Source: Lingula anatina
Lineage: Eukaryota; Animalia; Brachiopoda
Assembly: GCA_051362555.1 (NCBI GenBank)
Contig: CM120641.1
Coordinates: forward strand, 43,034,401-43,098,400
Length of the DNA: 64,000 nucleotides
Direction: 5' to 3'
Numbering within the stretch: the stretch's first letter is position 1; each line of letters starts with the position of its first letter. Both the position numbers and the translations under genes were made by a program. Below are positions 37,601 through 49,804 of the stretch, piece after piece. The notes beneath the pieces are model-generated. The model was not told the DNA's origin and did no database searches. It was given only the letters and a program-made list of their open reading frames with translations.

Positions 37601-40219
37601 CTTCATGCAGAAAAAAAAAAGAATTCAAAACACCAAGTCTTGCATAAAATATATCTAAATCACACAGCAAGAGCATTCAAACACTGCCTAGTTTTTCATA
37701 TTTTACGAGCAAGATATCTGTTTTAGCATTAAACCCAGCTACACTGCCTATGCTTTCTTTTGCCAAAAGGATTTTTCTGGCTAGCACTAGGTGATACAAA
37801 ATGGCTAATGTCCCAGAGCTTACCCGATTAACTCCTGCCTTATTTCAGACAGCAGTATTGATTATTCTCATCTACACTACATATGAACTCTAATTGAAAC
37901 AGTGGTACATTACCATATAAACTGTATACCCAACAGTGCTACTTTGCAAAATAAACCATTTGATGTATATCAAGCAGGGCTTTTCCAAGGATTGGGGGTA
38001 CAGGCCATCCAAAATTATCACTTGTCATTTCCTACAAAATTTCAGGGAGTCGAAGCCATCATTTTTCAGAAATATTCATAAGCTGTCCAGCTGTCTTTAA
38101 ATATATATAGTCCAGTGATGCTGGTAGCCTTTGGCGTCTAAATGACAATTTGACAGTTTGCTGGGAAAAGCCTTGATATCAAGTAACATGGTTATATTAC
38201 CATATGAAGGGCACTGCCCCTGCTGCCCCTTCCTCCATAGGAATTCTGTTATGTAGAAAACAGAGCTGAGAGTAGTACTTCTTCAGCAAGCTGCAGCCAG
38301 TGAAATCTCTGCTGACTCTGGTGGCATTCTGAAGTGAAAGTTCAGTCTGTCTTTTAACTCATTCTATAAAATTTATCTTTAAAATTATTTTCAGTCATTA
38401 AAATTTAAACACACGCACACACATGTATATGTGTGTGTATTTAAACATTCCTTCTGTGCTTTTTATGCCAAACTGGCTTCACAGAAACTCATCACTTAAA
38501 TTACCATACAATAACAAATCAGTCAAATGCATGGTTTATCCTCCCTAATAATCTAGTAGGTAATATTTAACTTGGCTGCCTGTACTAGAGACAACAGTTC
38601 TTAGCACACATGTGGTCTGTCAGAAGTTTTACAGAATGTCATCAATTTTTTTTCATCACAGTTAAAGTGGTACCACCAAGGATTTCCCAAGGATTTGTGG
38701 TACAGGGAGACCATTATGTGAATCTGTAATTTCATCGCCTATTTACAGAGAGTAAAAAACAAAGGAAAAACTTCTTGCTGTTACCTGTCTGAGTTGATCT
38801 AGCTCTGAGCATTCCTTGTTATAGTTGGATGGGTTTTCTTGGTAGTGATCTCTAATATACTGAAATACAATATTTCCATTGCTATTAGACTTAACATGAA
38901 GCCAGTATGCAATCTAATAAAAGACGACACGAATGACAATCTCCTTTCTTCTAAGATAAGAAGTATTTTAGTCACTCTAAAACATATTTTATTCTGGACA
39001 AATAACCCTTTACTGGATCAGAAGAAAAAATGATAAACACTTCACAAATATTAACAAGGTTCTATGACAGATACATATAGAGGGGCATCAGAAACAGAAA
39101 TCAAATAACACAAATAGTACATTTGTTAGAATAAATGTCATAAGATAATTCATTTTATATCTTTTAAAATTATGTTTTCTTTTTAACTGTCTCAGAAGAT
39201 GTTAACCTTGTTTCTTTATAAACATGAGTTAAAAAACATTACTCTTTATGCATCCCTATTGCTCAGTATCCCTCGATACATGTATATTCTGGTATATGTA
39301 GAATTATTCAATTTAAAAAGAAAAAGTAGTTTTTATAATCTTGGATGGATATCTGCAGGACTCCATACATTACTCTTATATATTTTATTCTTTATCACAA
39401 CCCTGGGCAACTATAAATGTACCTCTGAGAAGGGATCTAAAAGCAGTTGGTGAGTCATCTTCATGTGATTATAGCAATTACATGCAAATTGAAATTAGCA
39501 TATTTAATTTGATCGTTCTTGTTATAGTGCTCCAACTATTTCATCTGATTTAATTAATGTCACACACAAAGTTTACTTTAACAGCACATGAGATTGACGT
39601 TATCTTTTAAGAATCAACGTTACTGAATTATTCAGGGGTTAATTAGTGAATCACCATCAAAACCACTAAATCATAATTAAATTAGTAAACGAATGATTCT
39701 AATAATGATGTTAACATGTCATTATGTAGTCTGTGTAGTTTTGCAGGAAATCTATTTAATGCGTTGATCTTTTTGTTATATATAAAATGTGTGTATGAAA
39801 TCAAGACAATCGAAAATTCTTCAACTTCAAGAAGTATCATCATAATAATATAATGTGAATGATTATAGCTAAGATCAAATCAGCACCGCATTCAGAAGGT
39901 AATCGTGCTAAAGGCAAAGCAATATTTGCAAAGGATCCACCTGTCCCCTGTATCATAGCTTTAGGCAAAGAGTCTGGAGATATGAGTCTAGATAGATGAG
40001 TATCGCTGTGTCAGATAACTTCATGCTTGTCACTTATATTTTGCGTATGTCGGCTTCTATATACACACTAAAACAGCAGTTCCTTCAAGGTCGTGTCACA
40101 TGTTCATCTTACATATATAAGAAAAAATATACCTTCTTTATTTCTGGTCCTAATTCCACCGGCTCTGCGCAATTTTTCAGCTCAAAGGAAATCATCGGAA
40201 CTCTGGGGACACCCTCCAT
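14542..40219 (-). CDS. PTPN23: Tyrosine-protein phosphatase non-receptor type 23 (HD-PTP; Bro1 + V/coiled-coil + Pro/Gln-rich + PTP), about 2403 aa
   Basis: 24 exons all joining in frame: 40219-40133, 38859-38785, 38328-38201, 37350-37224, 36724-36593, 36450-36289, 35800-35642, 35401-35343, 35165-35086, 34860-34746, 34509-34444, 34187-34048, 33788-33697, 33442-33238, 32683-32523, 32335-32184, 23758-23565, 23273-19786, 19587-19488, 19299-19097, 18806-18622, 18338-18234, 17610-17411, 15338-14542. N-terminus MEGVPRVPMISFELK; FEQACILYNIGSLHS; AQAQECILEKS; KKDNDFVYHE; GPDIFAKLVPMEAHEAASLYSEEKA; PSAP motif; PTP motifs KNRF, DYING, DFWTMVYEQ, VHCDGGVGRTG; C-terminal DPLNRLDPLWTI. Confidence 0.96.
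24768..24825. repeat. 29-bp tandem duplication
   Basis: AATAGTCAAGGCTAGCAGGTAAAAAGCAA occurs twice in tandem, about 15 bp from the hAT insertion site. Confidence 0.85.
25248..28903 (-). CDS. hAT transposase (ZNF862-like; TTF-type zinc finger, DDE core, hATC dimerisation domain), about 806 aa
   Basis: Exons 28903-28768 (MSLFKFGFSKRK..), 28096-28019, 27454-25248, both introns phase 1 GT-AG. Motifs RTFQESW..RPWL..IWCSYC..HQESDLH, FSILCDGCTD, ADGASVN, HCLAHRFEL, TRW, STADAERGFSLMKRIKTDWRASL; no stops or frameshifts. Confidence 0.92.
27530..27569. repeat. Compound (GT)n(GA)n microsatellite
   Basis: TGTGTGTGTGTGTGAGAGAGAG... in intron 2 of the transposase gene. Confidence 0.9.
27612..27925. mobile_element. 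Small TIR element with TGT..ACA ends and TATA flanks (Ginger-like MITE) in transposase intron
   Basis: About 47-bp imperfect TIR TGTTTAAGGCCCTTATCAAATCTATTCTTATGCATAAAAAGCCCAGA versus reverse complement TGTCAAAGGCCCAGACCAAATCTAGTCCCATGCATAAAAAGCCCAGA; TATA on both sides. Superfamily assignment is inference. Confidence 0.65.
30981..32143. mobile_element. Second TTAA-flanked Kolobok-like non-autonomous element (older)
   Basis: TTAA|GGATGTAGATAACAG ... CTGTTAATTACTACC|TTAA; termini match 11/15 as inverted repeats; GG..CC ends. Confidence 0.5.
34618..34667. repeat. Long poly(A) tract in PTPN23 intron
   Basis: About 50 consecutive A; shorter runs near 18379, 33497 and 35283. Confidence 0.9.
37975..38175. 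mobile_element. hAT-type MITE with canonical 8-bp TSD
   Basis: CAGGGCTTTTCC..GGAAAAGCCTTG imperfect TIR; ATATCAAG at 37967-37974 and 38176-38183. A degenerate relative starts near 38677. Confidence 0.85.
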
Positions 40220-40423
40220 CTTTGCGAAATGACGTCAGCAGTCTCTTTGTGAAACTGGGTCATTGGGGTAACAGAACTGTTGCCTGACCTCAGGAGGCCC
40301 AGGAGAGGTTGGGGAGGTAAAGGCGTTCATATATTATGGCGTTTTCTCTAGCCTAGGACTGAAAGAATTTAAGATGCCTTGACATTCATCAACACATGGT
40401 CCAGAGTTCGACATACCTCCCTC
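40220..40423. promoter_or_regulatory. Compact bidirectional promoter region PTPN23 / aminotransferase
   Basis: Only 204 bp separate the two divergent start codons; perfect CRE palindrome TGACGTCA at 40230-40237. Confidence 0.65.
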
Positions 40424-43246
40424 ATGGCCTATCAAGATATTGTCCCGTACACTTGTATTTACATCGGTAAGTTTGTATCCTTGAAGAAATTGTTTACCCC
40501 ACGCTCGGCTGTCACCTTGGTTGGATAGTAAACTATTGACGTAAAATCGCTAAATGGTATTAAAACCGGGTGCATAAACTTGAAAACCACCTAGGACAAC
40601 CTTGGACTGCCACATTAGACCAATACAATGCAAAAATAAACTATAACAAGTGGTTAAAGCCTTCAAACCGAATGTCGTAAAGTCCCCATATACCTCCATA
40701 GAGACAATAAAATAGAGTAAGCTTGTGAAACAAGATTCCACAATTTTAAACATAATAATCGAAATAAAATACTGCCGGGCATCGGGGCGGCCTAAAACTT
40801 GGCACGCTTACCGCAAATGCAGCAGGCTACATCATCCCGTCGCTCGTTTGTAAATTCCGTGCATGGCATACGCACAATCAAACCGACTCAAGCATCAGAG
40901 GTGGAATTTGGATTTACGGTTTGATTTTAATAAATGTATAACATGCAAACGCCATATTGTTTTTTCGCTATTTTTAATTTGCAGTTATAACGCAAATACT
41001 TATAATAAGGTAAATGAATAATATAAAATGTAACAATGACAGATCTATTCTGTCTAGGTTTTTTTTATAACACTCTCTAAGTCTTGGTCTTATAGCCCAA
41101 TCATATTTTCAAAAGAAAAAAAGAATAAACACTGAGCATCATATTGTAATATCTGTTCCCCAAATGTATTACAGCAGACATAACAGGCTGATATGGATTT
41201 TTGTGATTTTTAAAGCCTTTCTGGAATTGAAGAAATACTGGTAGGAAATTATGCATTAGCACTAGTCTTCTTTTGACGATTTTCGATACATTGGGATAGG
41301 AAATTTTGTATGAAAACTGAGTCATAATTATTAATATTACACTTTCAGATGCGGAGGTGTCAGATTTCATGTCAGCCATTAAGGCCTGTCTCTATGGGTC
41401 ACCATATGGTAGAGAGGACCTGACAGCAAAGATCTCTACATTGTTCCACAACCAGTCCAGTCCACAATACACTCTGCCTTTACTGTCAGTGAGGACAGGA
41501 CTGGATATGTTCCTCAGACTAAAGGCATTCCCTCAGGGATCTGAAGTCATAATGTCAGCTATGAACATTCCAGATATGGTGGAAATTGTGAAGTACCATG
41601 GACTAATACCTGTTCCTTTGGATCTGAATCTCGATACTTGCGCTCCTAGAGTGGAGCTATTAGAGAGCTTGATAACAGAGAAAACTGTTGCTATGCTTTT
41701 AGCGCACATCTATGGGAAGAAGTTTGACATGGCCCCTTTCATTGAAGTAGGCAGGAAGCATAACTTGATTGTACTAGAGGACTGTGCTGAGTGTTTTAAC
41801 GGTTTTGAGCAACTCGGACATCCAGAAACTGATATTGCCTTCTTTAGTTTTGGCTCCATTAAATTCTACACAGCATTTGGTGGTGGTATTGCAAAAATAA
41901 GAGACCAAGCTTTGTTTGAAGAAATGAGCAACTTTTATTCTACATACCCTAAACAGTCTTCTGTGACTTACCTCAAGAAGGTTTTGAAGTTATTTGTTCC
42001 ATACACCTTACTCAACTGTCCCACACTGATCAAACCAGGGATGTATATTTTCATGCACTCTTTAAAGCTTGACTGTGAGGGATTCGTCATCGGCATGCTG
42101 CGTGGCTTTCCAGACAGACTTATTGAGATGATCCGCCATAGGCCGTGCTTGCCATTGCTGTACATGATGTATAGAAGGTTGTCAAAATTTGATATCTCTG
42201 ACTTCAACATAAGCCGTATCAAGGGAGAGTATGTCAGTGAGAGACTGCCAGATTCAGTGACACAAGTAGGAAGCCAGGCCGATGTTAGAAATTTCTGGTT
42301 ATTTCCCATTGTTGTGGTAGGTTTGGTCTGGATTAATTTGGTGTATAATTGTTTTGATATCTTTTTATTTATTTTTGTTTTGTGGATTGTGATTGAAGTG
42401 CATTTTTTTATTTTACCAGATGATTTCAGAAAACGTATTTCTATATCCCATAAGGCATTTTGTTTACATGATTTCTACCCTTAAAAGCCAGCATGTTTTT
42501 TGGCAGGTCACAAAATGTTACACTTAGTGTGAAAGAAATATTAAGAAAAATTACAGATCAGCAGATGATTCACACAGTATTGTTCAACACGTTTACTTTT
42601 TACATTTAATAAATGAATATTTCAACATGTCCTTGAGATAACTTATATAAGTTTTTATATCTTCAACTTTATTTGGTTATCTAGTTGAGGATAGACACCT
42701 GGAGCCATAGATAAGAAGACCACTGTTAGATATCTAGCTATCCTTATTCTTTAGCAAACCTTATTTTTATGTGGCTCAGTGTTGAAATGCATATGTAAAC
42801 ATTAAATAAACAATATGTATATATGAAAATATGTCTTGTTCTTCAAGAAAATTCCAACAAGAAAGCCAGAAATTGTTTATTGTGGAAAAGCAAATATACA
42901 TAAATTACTTATGATTATGCACATTTTTATTATTTTTTAGGAAAATCCAGACAATGTGGTCACAATTCTCAATGCACTTGGTATCAATGCATACAGAGGC
43001 GCAACACAGTTGAATCTGATCGAGCCAACCAATGGGAACTCACACTTAAAGCACCTGCAGAAATTTGTCTCCCACTTTCCCCACGAAGCCAAGTACCTGC
43101 TGGACCACATAGTGTACTTGCCTGTGAACAAATCTGTGCCATTCTATGAACTGGACAAGATATGTGTTGGTGTAAAAAATGCAATGAAGATCTCAGCCGG
43201 AGAAAGGATGCCTCGAGTTAAAGTGAAACTAACTTCCAAATTATAG
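40424..43246 (+). CDS. DegT/DnrJ/EryC1/StrS-family (WecE/ArnB-like) PLP-dependent aminotransferase, about 438 aa
   Basis: Exons 40424-40466 (MAYQDIVPYTCIYI), 41349-42316, 42941-43246 in frame via GT-AG. Motifs SVRTGLD, GSEVIMSAMNIPDM, GLIPVPLD, ITEKTVAMLLAHIYG, LIVLEDCAE (PLP Asp), FFSFGSIKFYTAFGGG (Schiff-base Lys), IVYLPV. Confidence 0.9.
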
Positions 43247-43440
43247 TTTTCTGTAACAGACAAAATAATTACAGGTGTATAGTGTTCGTATTCATGTTTA
43301 CTGATAGTTTTAACAGGCTTTAATATAAGCATTCAATTTACTGATAAGTGTTCATTTTATAATAATATACTATAACTGAAGGCAATGATGCTACACTACT
43401 TGATATAACACTAAATGTTGTTCTGTTTACTATGTATTTT

Positions 43441-43644
43441 GGCCCTTTTCACATTAAGCAGTATGCTGAAAGGGACTGGTCCTCTTTGACAGGTCCTGAC
43501 ATATAATTACTCTTCAGGTACAGGAGGTTTTACAGCCTTTCAGAAGTTTTTCCGAAGTTTTAAATAATTAATTGGTTGTGTCAAGCATGCCCGTCTGTGT
43601 TTAGGTGACTCCAGTTAAGTGTGCCTCTGGGTGTGAAAAGGGCC
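43441..43644. mobile_element. PIF/Harbinger-like MITE downstream of the aminotransferase stop
   Basis: 13-bp perfect TIR GGCCCTTTTCACA..TGTGAAAAGGGCC; TSD not clean. Confidence 0.6.
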
Positions 43645-43957
43645 TTAGTCATGTGATTGAGTCATGTGACTGTTTGTATTGTATTTATGAAAGTGACCAT
43701 TTGCTTCATGTAAAAAGTTGTACAACTTTGCCACCCATTTGTGTGACTGTTTAATGTATATTCAGTGATGTGGCTTCTTGCTATATATTCGTGTGTTCAT
43801 TTTATAAGGGCTTTACTTGACATAAAGTAATGATATCATTTAATTGATACATCTCACATTTTGTTGTTCTAACCAGTATTGCTTGTCACATATTTATTCA
43901 AGTGACACTGTGCCATATATTCAGTAATGCGACTAATTGCTTGACATTTGGGCCATT

Positions 43958-43994
<37 letters not shown>
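43958..43994. repeat. (TTA)n microsatellite
   Basis: About 12 TTA units. Confidence 0.9.
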
Positions 43995-43995
<1 letters not shown>

Positions 43996-44114
43996 CATAA
44001 TTTGATACCAATAACACAAGTAGGCAGCAATATTAAACCAAAATTATCTCTACTATGTTCACTAGTACTACATTTCTGAGTTTACTGGATACTTTATTAG
44101 CTCCATTATAAGCA

Positions 44115-44438
44115 TAGGCCTCATAAACAATAATTGTCGCTTGCGATCTTGAGCCTTGGATTTGTGAGCACGAATGCCAAATTAATGACTTAAACCACAA
44201 TTTCAGGGCACAAATGTAAAACTAGTGGTCATATCTGTTTTTAAGAATTAACTTTAAAAAATAAATAACAATCTTAAAAACAAATCAAACTACCACTCAT
44301 TAAAATGGGAGTAACATACGCTGTCTTTGTGACCACTAATTTTGCATTCTTGCCATGATATCCTGCTTTGAGTCGTTAATTTGGCACAAGTGCACAAAAA
44401 CTTGAGATCACAAATGGCTAATTCATTTATAAGGCCTG
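44115..44438. mobile_element. Degenerate TIR element with (C/T)AGGCC ends
   Basis: TAGGCCTCATAAACAATAATTGTCGCTTGCGATCTTGAG versus reverse complement CAGGCCTTATAAATGAATTAGCCATTTGTGATCTCAAG; flanks AAGCA / ATGCA. Confidence 0.55.
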
Positions 44439-45399
44439 ATGCACGTCTCTGTCAGAAACTGGAAATAGCAGATCTTGGATCCACATGTATAATGAGTTTG
44501 AAGGTAGGGACATGCTGATAATAGACAACTGCTCCAGTTTTCTCTGAAATTCAGAGTGCAAGTGGTGATCAAGTGCTGAAAGAAGTGCTGTGAATCTGTG
44601 ACTCTTTAATTTAGACTGCATTGGAAAAAAAGCAACATACATGTACATCAGAAGTGATGAATCTCAGGGTTGCATTCATTTGTTCAAAAGTGACACCTTT
44701 ATTTGAACTATACTATTCTTTTATTGAAACTTTTATCATTTTGACTGGTTCCATAAAGCCTTTAACAGTAACCATTTTTTGTTTAAATAAAGAATATATT
44801 GTAGAAGCTTTCTAGATCATAAAATTTAAATAAGCATTAATTTAGGAAAGCTTAGCGTGTTTTAGCTGTGTCTTCCAATATGTTAAATTTTATTTAAAAC
44901 TTTTTATACCCTTTAATCAAATATATTTACCATTTGTAATTACAGGTATAATGTAGATTCTCAGATAATAAATGACATAAAAACTACCCATTTAACTTTT
45001 TGGCAAAATCATTGGGAAAATATGGAAACTTGTAAATGAATGTATTTTGTTCGAAAAAAAAAAAATGTTCATCAAATAGTGGTGTGATGCTAACCTAACA
45101 GAAAATAACGGATTAAACTTGATTGCAAATATTTTTACACTGTGATACTTTGACATTCCATAATTTTGTAATAACAATGGCATGATTAAGAGATTTGAAG
45201 AAATTCCTTGTATAGATATTAAAAACGATACTGTATTGAACAAATTATGCTTGCAGAATGAAAAACTCAAGATTATAGCTATGACAAACATTGTCTGCAA
45301 GACGTTTTCTCCAAATTACTAAAAGCAAGGAAAGGAAAAATGGAAGCCACGAGTTTGAGAAAAAGTTCAGTAGTGTCTGTTGTTTACTACTGTATGAAT

Positions 45400-45548
45400 G
45401 TGCCCTCTGGCCACCCGTGAAGCCGGCGCCACATTGTCGATTGTGTTAGATGCGCCAGAGGGAGGTGAATGGAACGGCCGTAAACGAGGGCAATTACAAT
45501 ATGGCGCTCAGAGGGACGACATAACAAAGGACACCGCAATGTTTAATG
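45400..45548 (+). promoter_or_regulatory. Probable promoter and first non-coding exon of the ACVR1-like gene
   Basis: Local GC/CpG-rich island, YY1-like AATATGGCG near 45499, GTGAGT donor at 45548; candidate second exon 45702-45935. Link to the downstream coding exons is inferred. Confidence 0.5.
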
Positions 45549-47485
45549 TGAGTAATTTATAGTAAAAAACGCAACTTATATTAGATAGTCCTGTATAGAA
45601 CGTTTATTGGGTTGTTTGATGTGAATCGTGAGCTTCAAATCATTTGTATAGACCAGTTAACTTTAACTGATAGTTTCATTTTGTCGCTGTCGTTTACACA
45701 GATGACCGATCTCTGTGCACAGGACTGTCATAGCCAGTGGGTATCAATGAACAGTGTAGCGGCGAGCTGTGACATAACTTTGGAATGACTTGCCAACAGA
45801 AATACATTTCAAATAAAATCGTATTTGTTGATGATAAAAAAGATGGGGATATTGTTTTTTCGAAACGGAGCTGGAGCACATTGCATAGACGACGTTCGTC
45901 TATTTCGTTGATCTTTCAGTGAATTCTGCAGGCTGGTGAGGCTGGTGATGTTTAGTACATAGGCAAAGACGGTCCTACGCAGTTAAGGAGACACACGAAC
46001 TCTGGTATTGATGGCATAAACTACTGTATTAGTAATCTCTTTTAAAAGTATCATTACTTAAAATCAATTAAAATGGCAAGAGCATCAAAGGACTGGATTA
46101 AGGTTTAGTAATATGTGTTGACTGTACCTTAGGTAAAAAAAAGATCGTGTTTTTCATAGGGAAGTGAAGTCTTAAATTAGATAAGATTTGTGCTTTTTTG
46201 TTTTTGAATGATCTGAATTTAACATAATGTGAAATAATATTTTGCATAAGAAATTACCATAGAGAAAATGTGTTTGAATGACACAACCTATCAAAGCATA
46301 TAGGGGCATTTTTTAGTTTCAAGATGAAGTTTTGGAAAAAATTTATTCAAAAGTATTATACACCTTAGATATGCCATGCCAAGAACATTTAAACACCATC
46401 AGATGGAAAAAGATGAATTTGAGAACACACAAGGAGTCTTTATGATGAGATAATTGAATTTAGTGGATTGCTAATGAAATTTGAAAGATTATATTGAAAG
46501 TGCCTTTTGATGCAATTAATGAATGAGCAAATTGAGATAAATTGACTAGAGCATTAAAAGAACAATATTCTTGTCACTAATTATCCCCCAATGCCTTTTA
46601 AAGTCTTAAGGCAAACCACATTATCGGAAGTTGGATTTTGTGGTAACATAAGTGATTTAGGGAAACATACTAATTTAGGGTCTGCATTGTTTGCACAGAT
46701 GGGAAACTTACATTGTTTGCCTGAATAAATTGAGACATTTGAAATTTGAAATAATTCACTCAACAGCTATTGAAATGTACTCTAAACACGCATGTATATT
46801 TGCTTGCCTACTGTGCTTTAGTTCTGACTGCTTGTCAGGAAATACTTAATATATTATTCAGGTTTCACGCAAACAACCAGTCTGGCGAGATTGTAACTTC
46901 TTCTAAGGTATCTGACATGTTGTGATTAATAAGTAAATTGTTTGTTGACACCTAGTCTAACCTGCCTGTAGGTTTTAGTGCTACGGAGTCAGACATGTCG
47001 GCTTCAGATACAACAGGCATGAAGTTTAATATCTGTTGGTGCCAGAAAGACATTTTCGCACTTGGAGCTAGCATCATTGGAATGCTGCCACCAGTCAGAT
47101 TTTGAGGCATTTAATACTGAATATAAAAAGTAAGGCATATTAAAATGTAGTTTTTACAAAGGCAGTTTGAATTATAACTTTAAGAAACAGGGACTTAATT
47201 ACACCCTCTCTATGGGGGTGGATTGACTGTTTTCCAAAGTTTAAGCTAGAATTATTGTTCTGAATAAATAAAAGTCATCTAGAACCCAGATTTTGTAAAA
47301 TACCTACTCAAAAAGTCATGTCTAGGCTCAAAACACTTTCATCAGTTCATTTATTTGATCAAATGTATGCTGAAAAAAGAAAACAAAGGGCTCGTATTGT
47401 CAAAAGTAGTGGAGAGGACATGGAAAAAAAAAGCTGGCAGACAATGGTTCTGTGTGTCGGAAAAAACATAAGATGAGCCCAATTT

Positions 47486-47599
47486 AACCCTCACATTGGC
47501 CAGTCTTGCTGTCTGATATTATGTGTTTTGGCCAAGGATTTTAACCCTTACATTGGCCAGTCTTGGTGTCTGATAATATATTGTTTGGGCCAAGGATTG
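47486..47599. repeat. Imperfect tandem duplication, about 57-bp unit
   Basis: TAACCCT(C/T)ACATTGGCCAGTCTTG(C/G)TGTCTGATA..GGCCAAGGATT twice. Confidence 0.8.
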
Positions 47600-49779
47600 G
47601 AGTAACTAACCAAGTGGCCAGTTTCCCTGCCTGGCAACTCTCCCAAGGCCAGTGAATAGTCATACAGAGCTAGGCTAAATGTGCCCTGAGTGTGATAGGT
47701 CACTGGAAACTCTCAATTTCCAGTCAACGGCAGAACCTTGCTGATATGGATTTCTAGTGATCTCTGAATCTCAGGGTGGATTATTGTAATAAGGTAATAA
47801 CAAGGTTACATATTCAGTGGTTATTAGATGATCTGCTGAGATAGTAACACATGTACTTAATGGAGTCCTTGCACTTGGGATAAAACTCCTTTTACCTGTC
47901 AAGCACCAGGATAATTTCAGACAAAATTATTCATTTCATCAAGGATACTATGGCTAAAATATTAAAATATTTCATATTTTCTTTTGGCAGTTTAGACTAC
48001 ACAGCATTTGACAGAAAAATTATTGTGCTAGAATGAGGTTGGAAATGAGCAGTGGCAGTGTACAGCTACAGGTGAGGGGTTAACTGGCCCTTGGTCACTC
48101 TAATCTGCTAGGGTGATTAGCATAATGACTACCTACTGTTGGCTTAATCAGTCCTTTGCAAGTTAGCTGCTACCAGTTGGCACGATATGTTAAGAGATAT
48201 TTTATCTTATTATGGATGTTCTCGCGCACTCTGACCAAAACTATAATAACTACATATCCTTAAGCCAAGTATGTCAGGATATTTTTTAAACTGCTGAAGA
48301 CTGATTCCATCATTCTCTAGTTGAAGTTGCAGACTAAGTTACTGGGATATATTTGTTTCTGGAATAAATTTATCACAAGAAAGTGACTGCCCAGGTAATT
48401 AGCTAGCTTCAAACTTTAGATTTAAAATGAGGAAGAGGAAATGAAGGGGATTTGGTAGCAGGCTAATTAGTCTCTCTGGCATCTGACACTTGGCAGCATG
48501 GCACTAATTCCCATTAACCTTAAATAATCTTAAACACTGTATTAGTATTAGTAGTAATCCATAGTGATGTATAACTATTTATTTATTTATATATTTGTAG
48601 TATAGAGGGCTAACAAATGTAACTGCCACATTTAATGCTCGAATAAATTATTATATTAAATTATTAAATGAAATATCAATTAAAAGTTAGGTATGAAAGT
48701 CTTTAGATTATGTGGTGGTTGCAAACCTGAATTTTTTTATATCAGGGATATATACTAAATATTGTTGTAGGAGGACTGTCTTGGCTGTGATGGAAACTTT
48801 TTAGAGATTAAGTTTCCATTTTTTTTATTCCTTTTTTGCTAATTAAAGAATAGAAATGCATGTGCATTTGCTAATGGTGTATTTTTATAAATGTGTCAAA
48901 ATATATATACAGTATACTATTGAGGTAACTTGAGGACACAGATTTAAGAACAACATTATCAGATGTGGTAATCATAATATCAAACAAGCATACAGTGTGG
49001 TATATTGCCTTTTGTCCTTTGATAGCCTTGCCGAATTTACACAAAACATAGCTTAAAAATGCACTCATTTTTTTGTATTGTTTAGAGAGGTGGCGTACTG
49101 AACAAGTGTTAAACAAATAGCTAATTGAACAGAATAAGAGAATTTCAGATAAACCTTGACACTGTGACAAGTAATAGTTATTCTTAAACAGTTTTCCTAT
49201 TTGCATAAAAGCTTGGGCGACTGGACTATGTTGTTGTGAATTGCAAAACAAGCATTTTGATATTTAACTTAACAAAACAGACCTGAATTGATAGATATTT
49301 AATGTAAAGTGTTTAAATCATAGTGTAAATCATTAACCAAACAACCCCAGCTGGGAAAACATCCTGAAGCCTGGTGCAGTGTACAAAGGTGCTATGTAAG
49401 TGAAGTTGTGCTCAGATTGTATCTATGTGGGTTGGACTGAAAAGGAGAGACTGAGGTGAAGTGAGAAAGTAGGCGTGAAATGTGAAAATGGTGAAGGGAA
49501 AAGCTCCAGCAAATGCATAGGGAAGGAAAGTTCACATCAAGAGGTGGAATTAGTGGGGTAAACACTGGATCCTTAGTAAATATCTCAGCTTGCAGCAAAT
49601 CCATTCTAATCTGTCTGGAGCCAAGAAGTAATTGCATTAGACTTTTAACGAGAACATTACCTTGGGACAAAGAAAACCAGTTATGATAAGTTTGGAGTGT
49701 GAAAAACTCTTTATAGAGTGAGGTGAGTTTTAGAACCAATACTGCATGGAGGAGAAGAGGTATAATATGTTGCCAAGCA

Positions 49780-49804
49780 TGTGTGTGTGTGTGTGTGTGT
49801 GTGT
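49780..49804. repeat. (TG)n microsatellite
   Basis: About 12 TG units. Confidence 0.9.

Noticed and set aside
40475-40482. GTATCCTT U12-type donor-like sequence in aminotransferase intron 1
   Set aside because: A canonical GTAAGT donor at 40467 gives the correct frame and no TCCTTAAC branch site precedes the acceptor.
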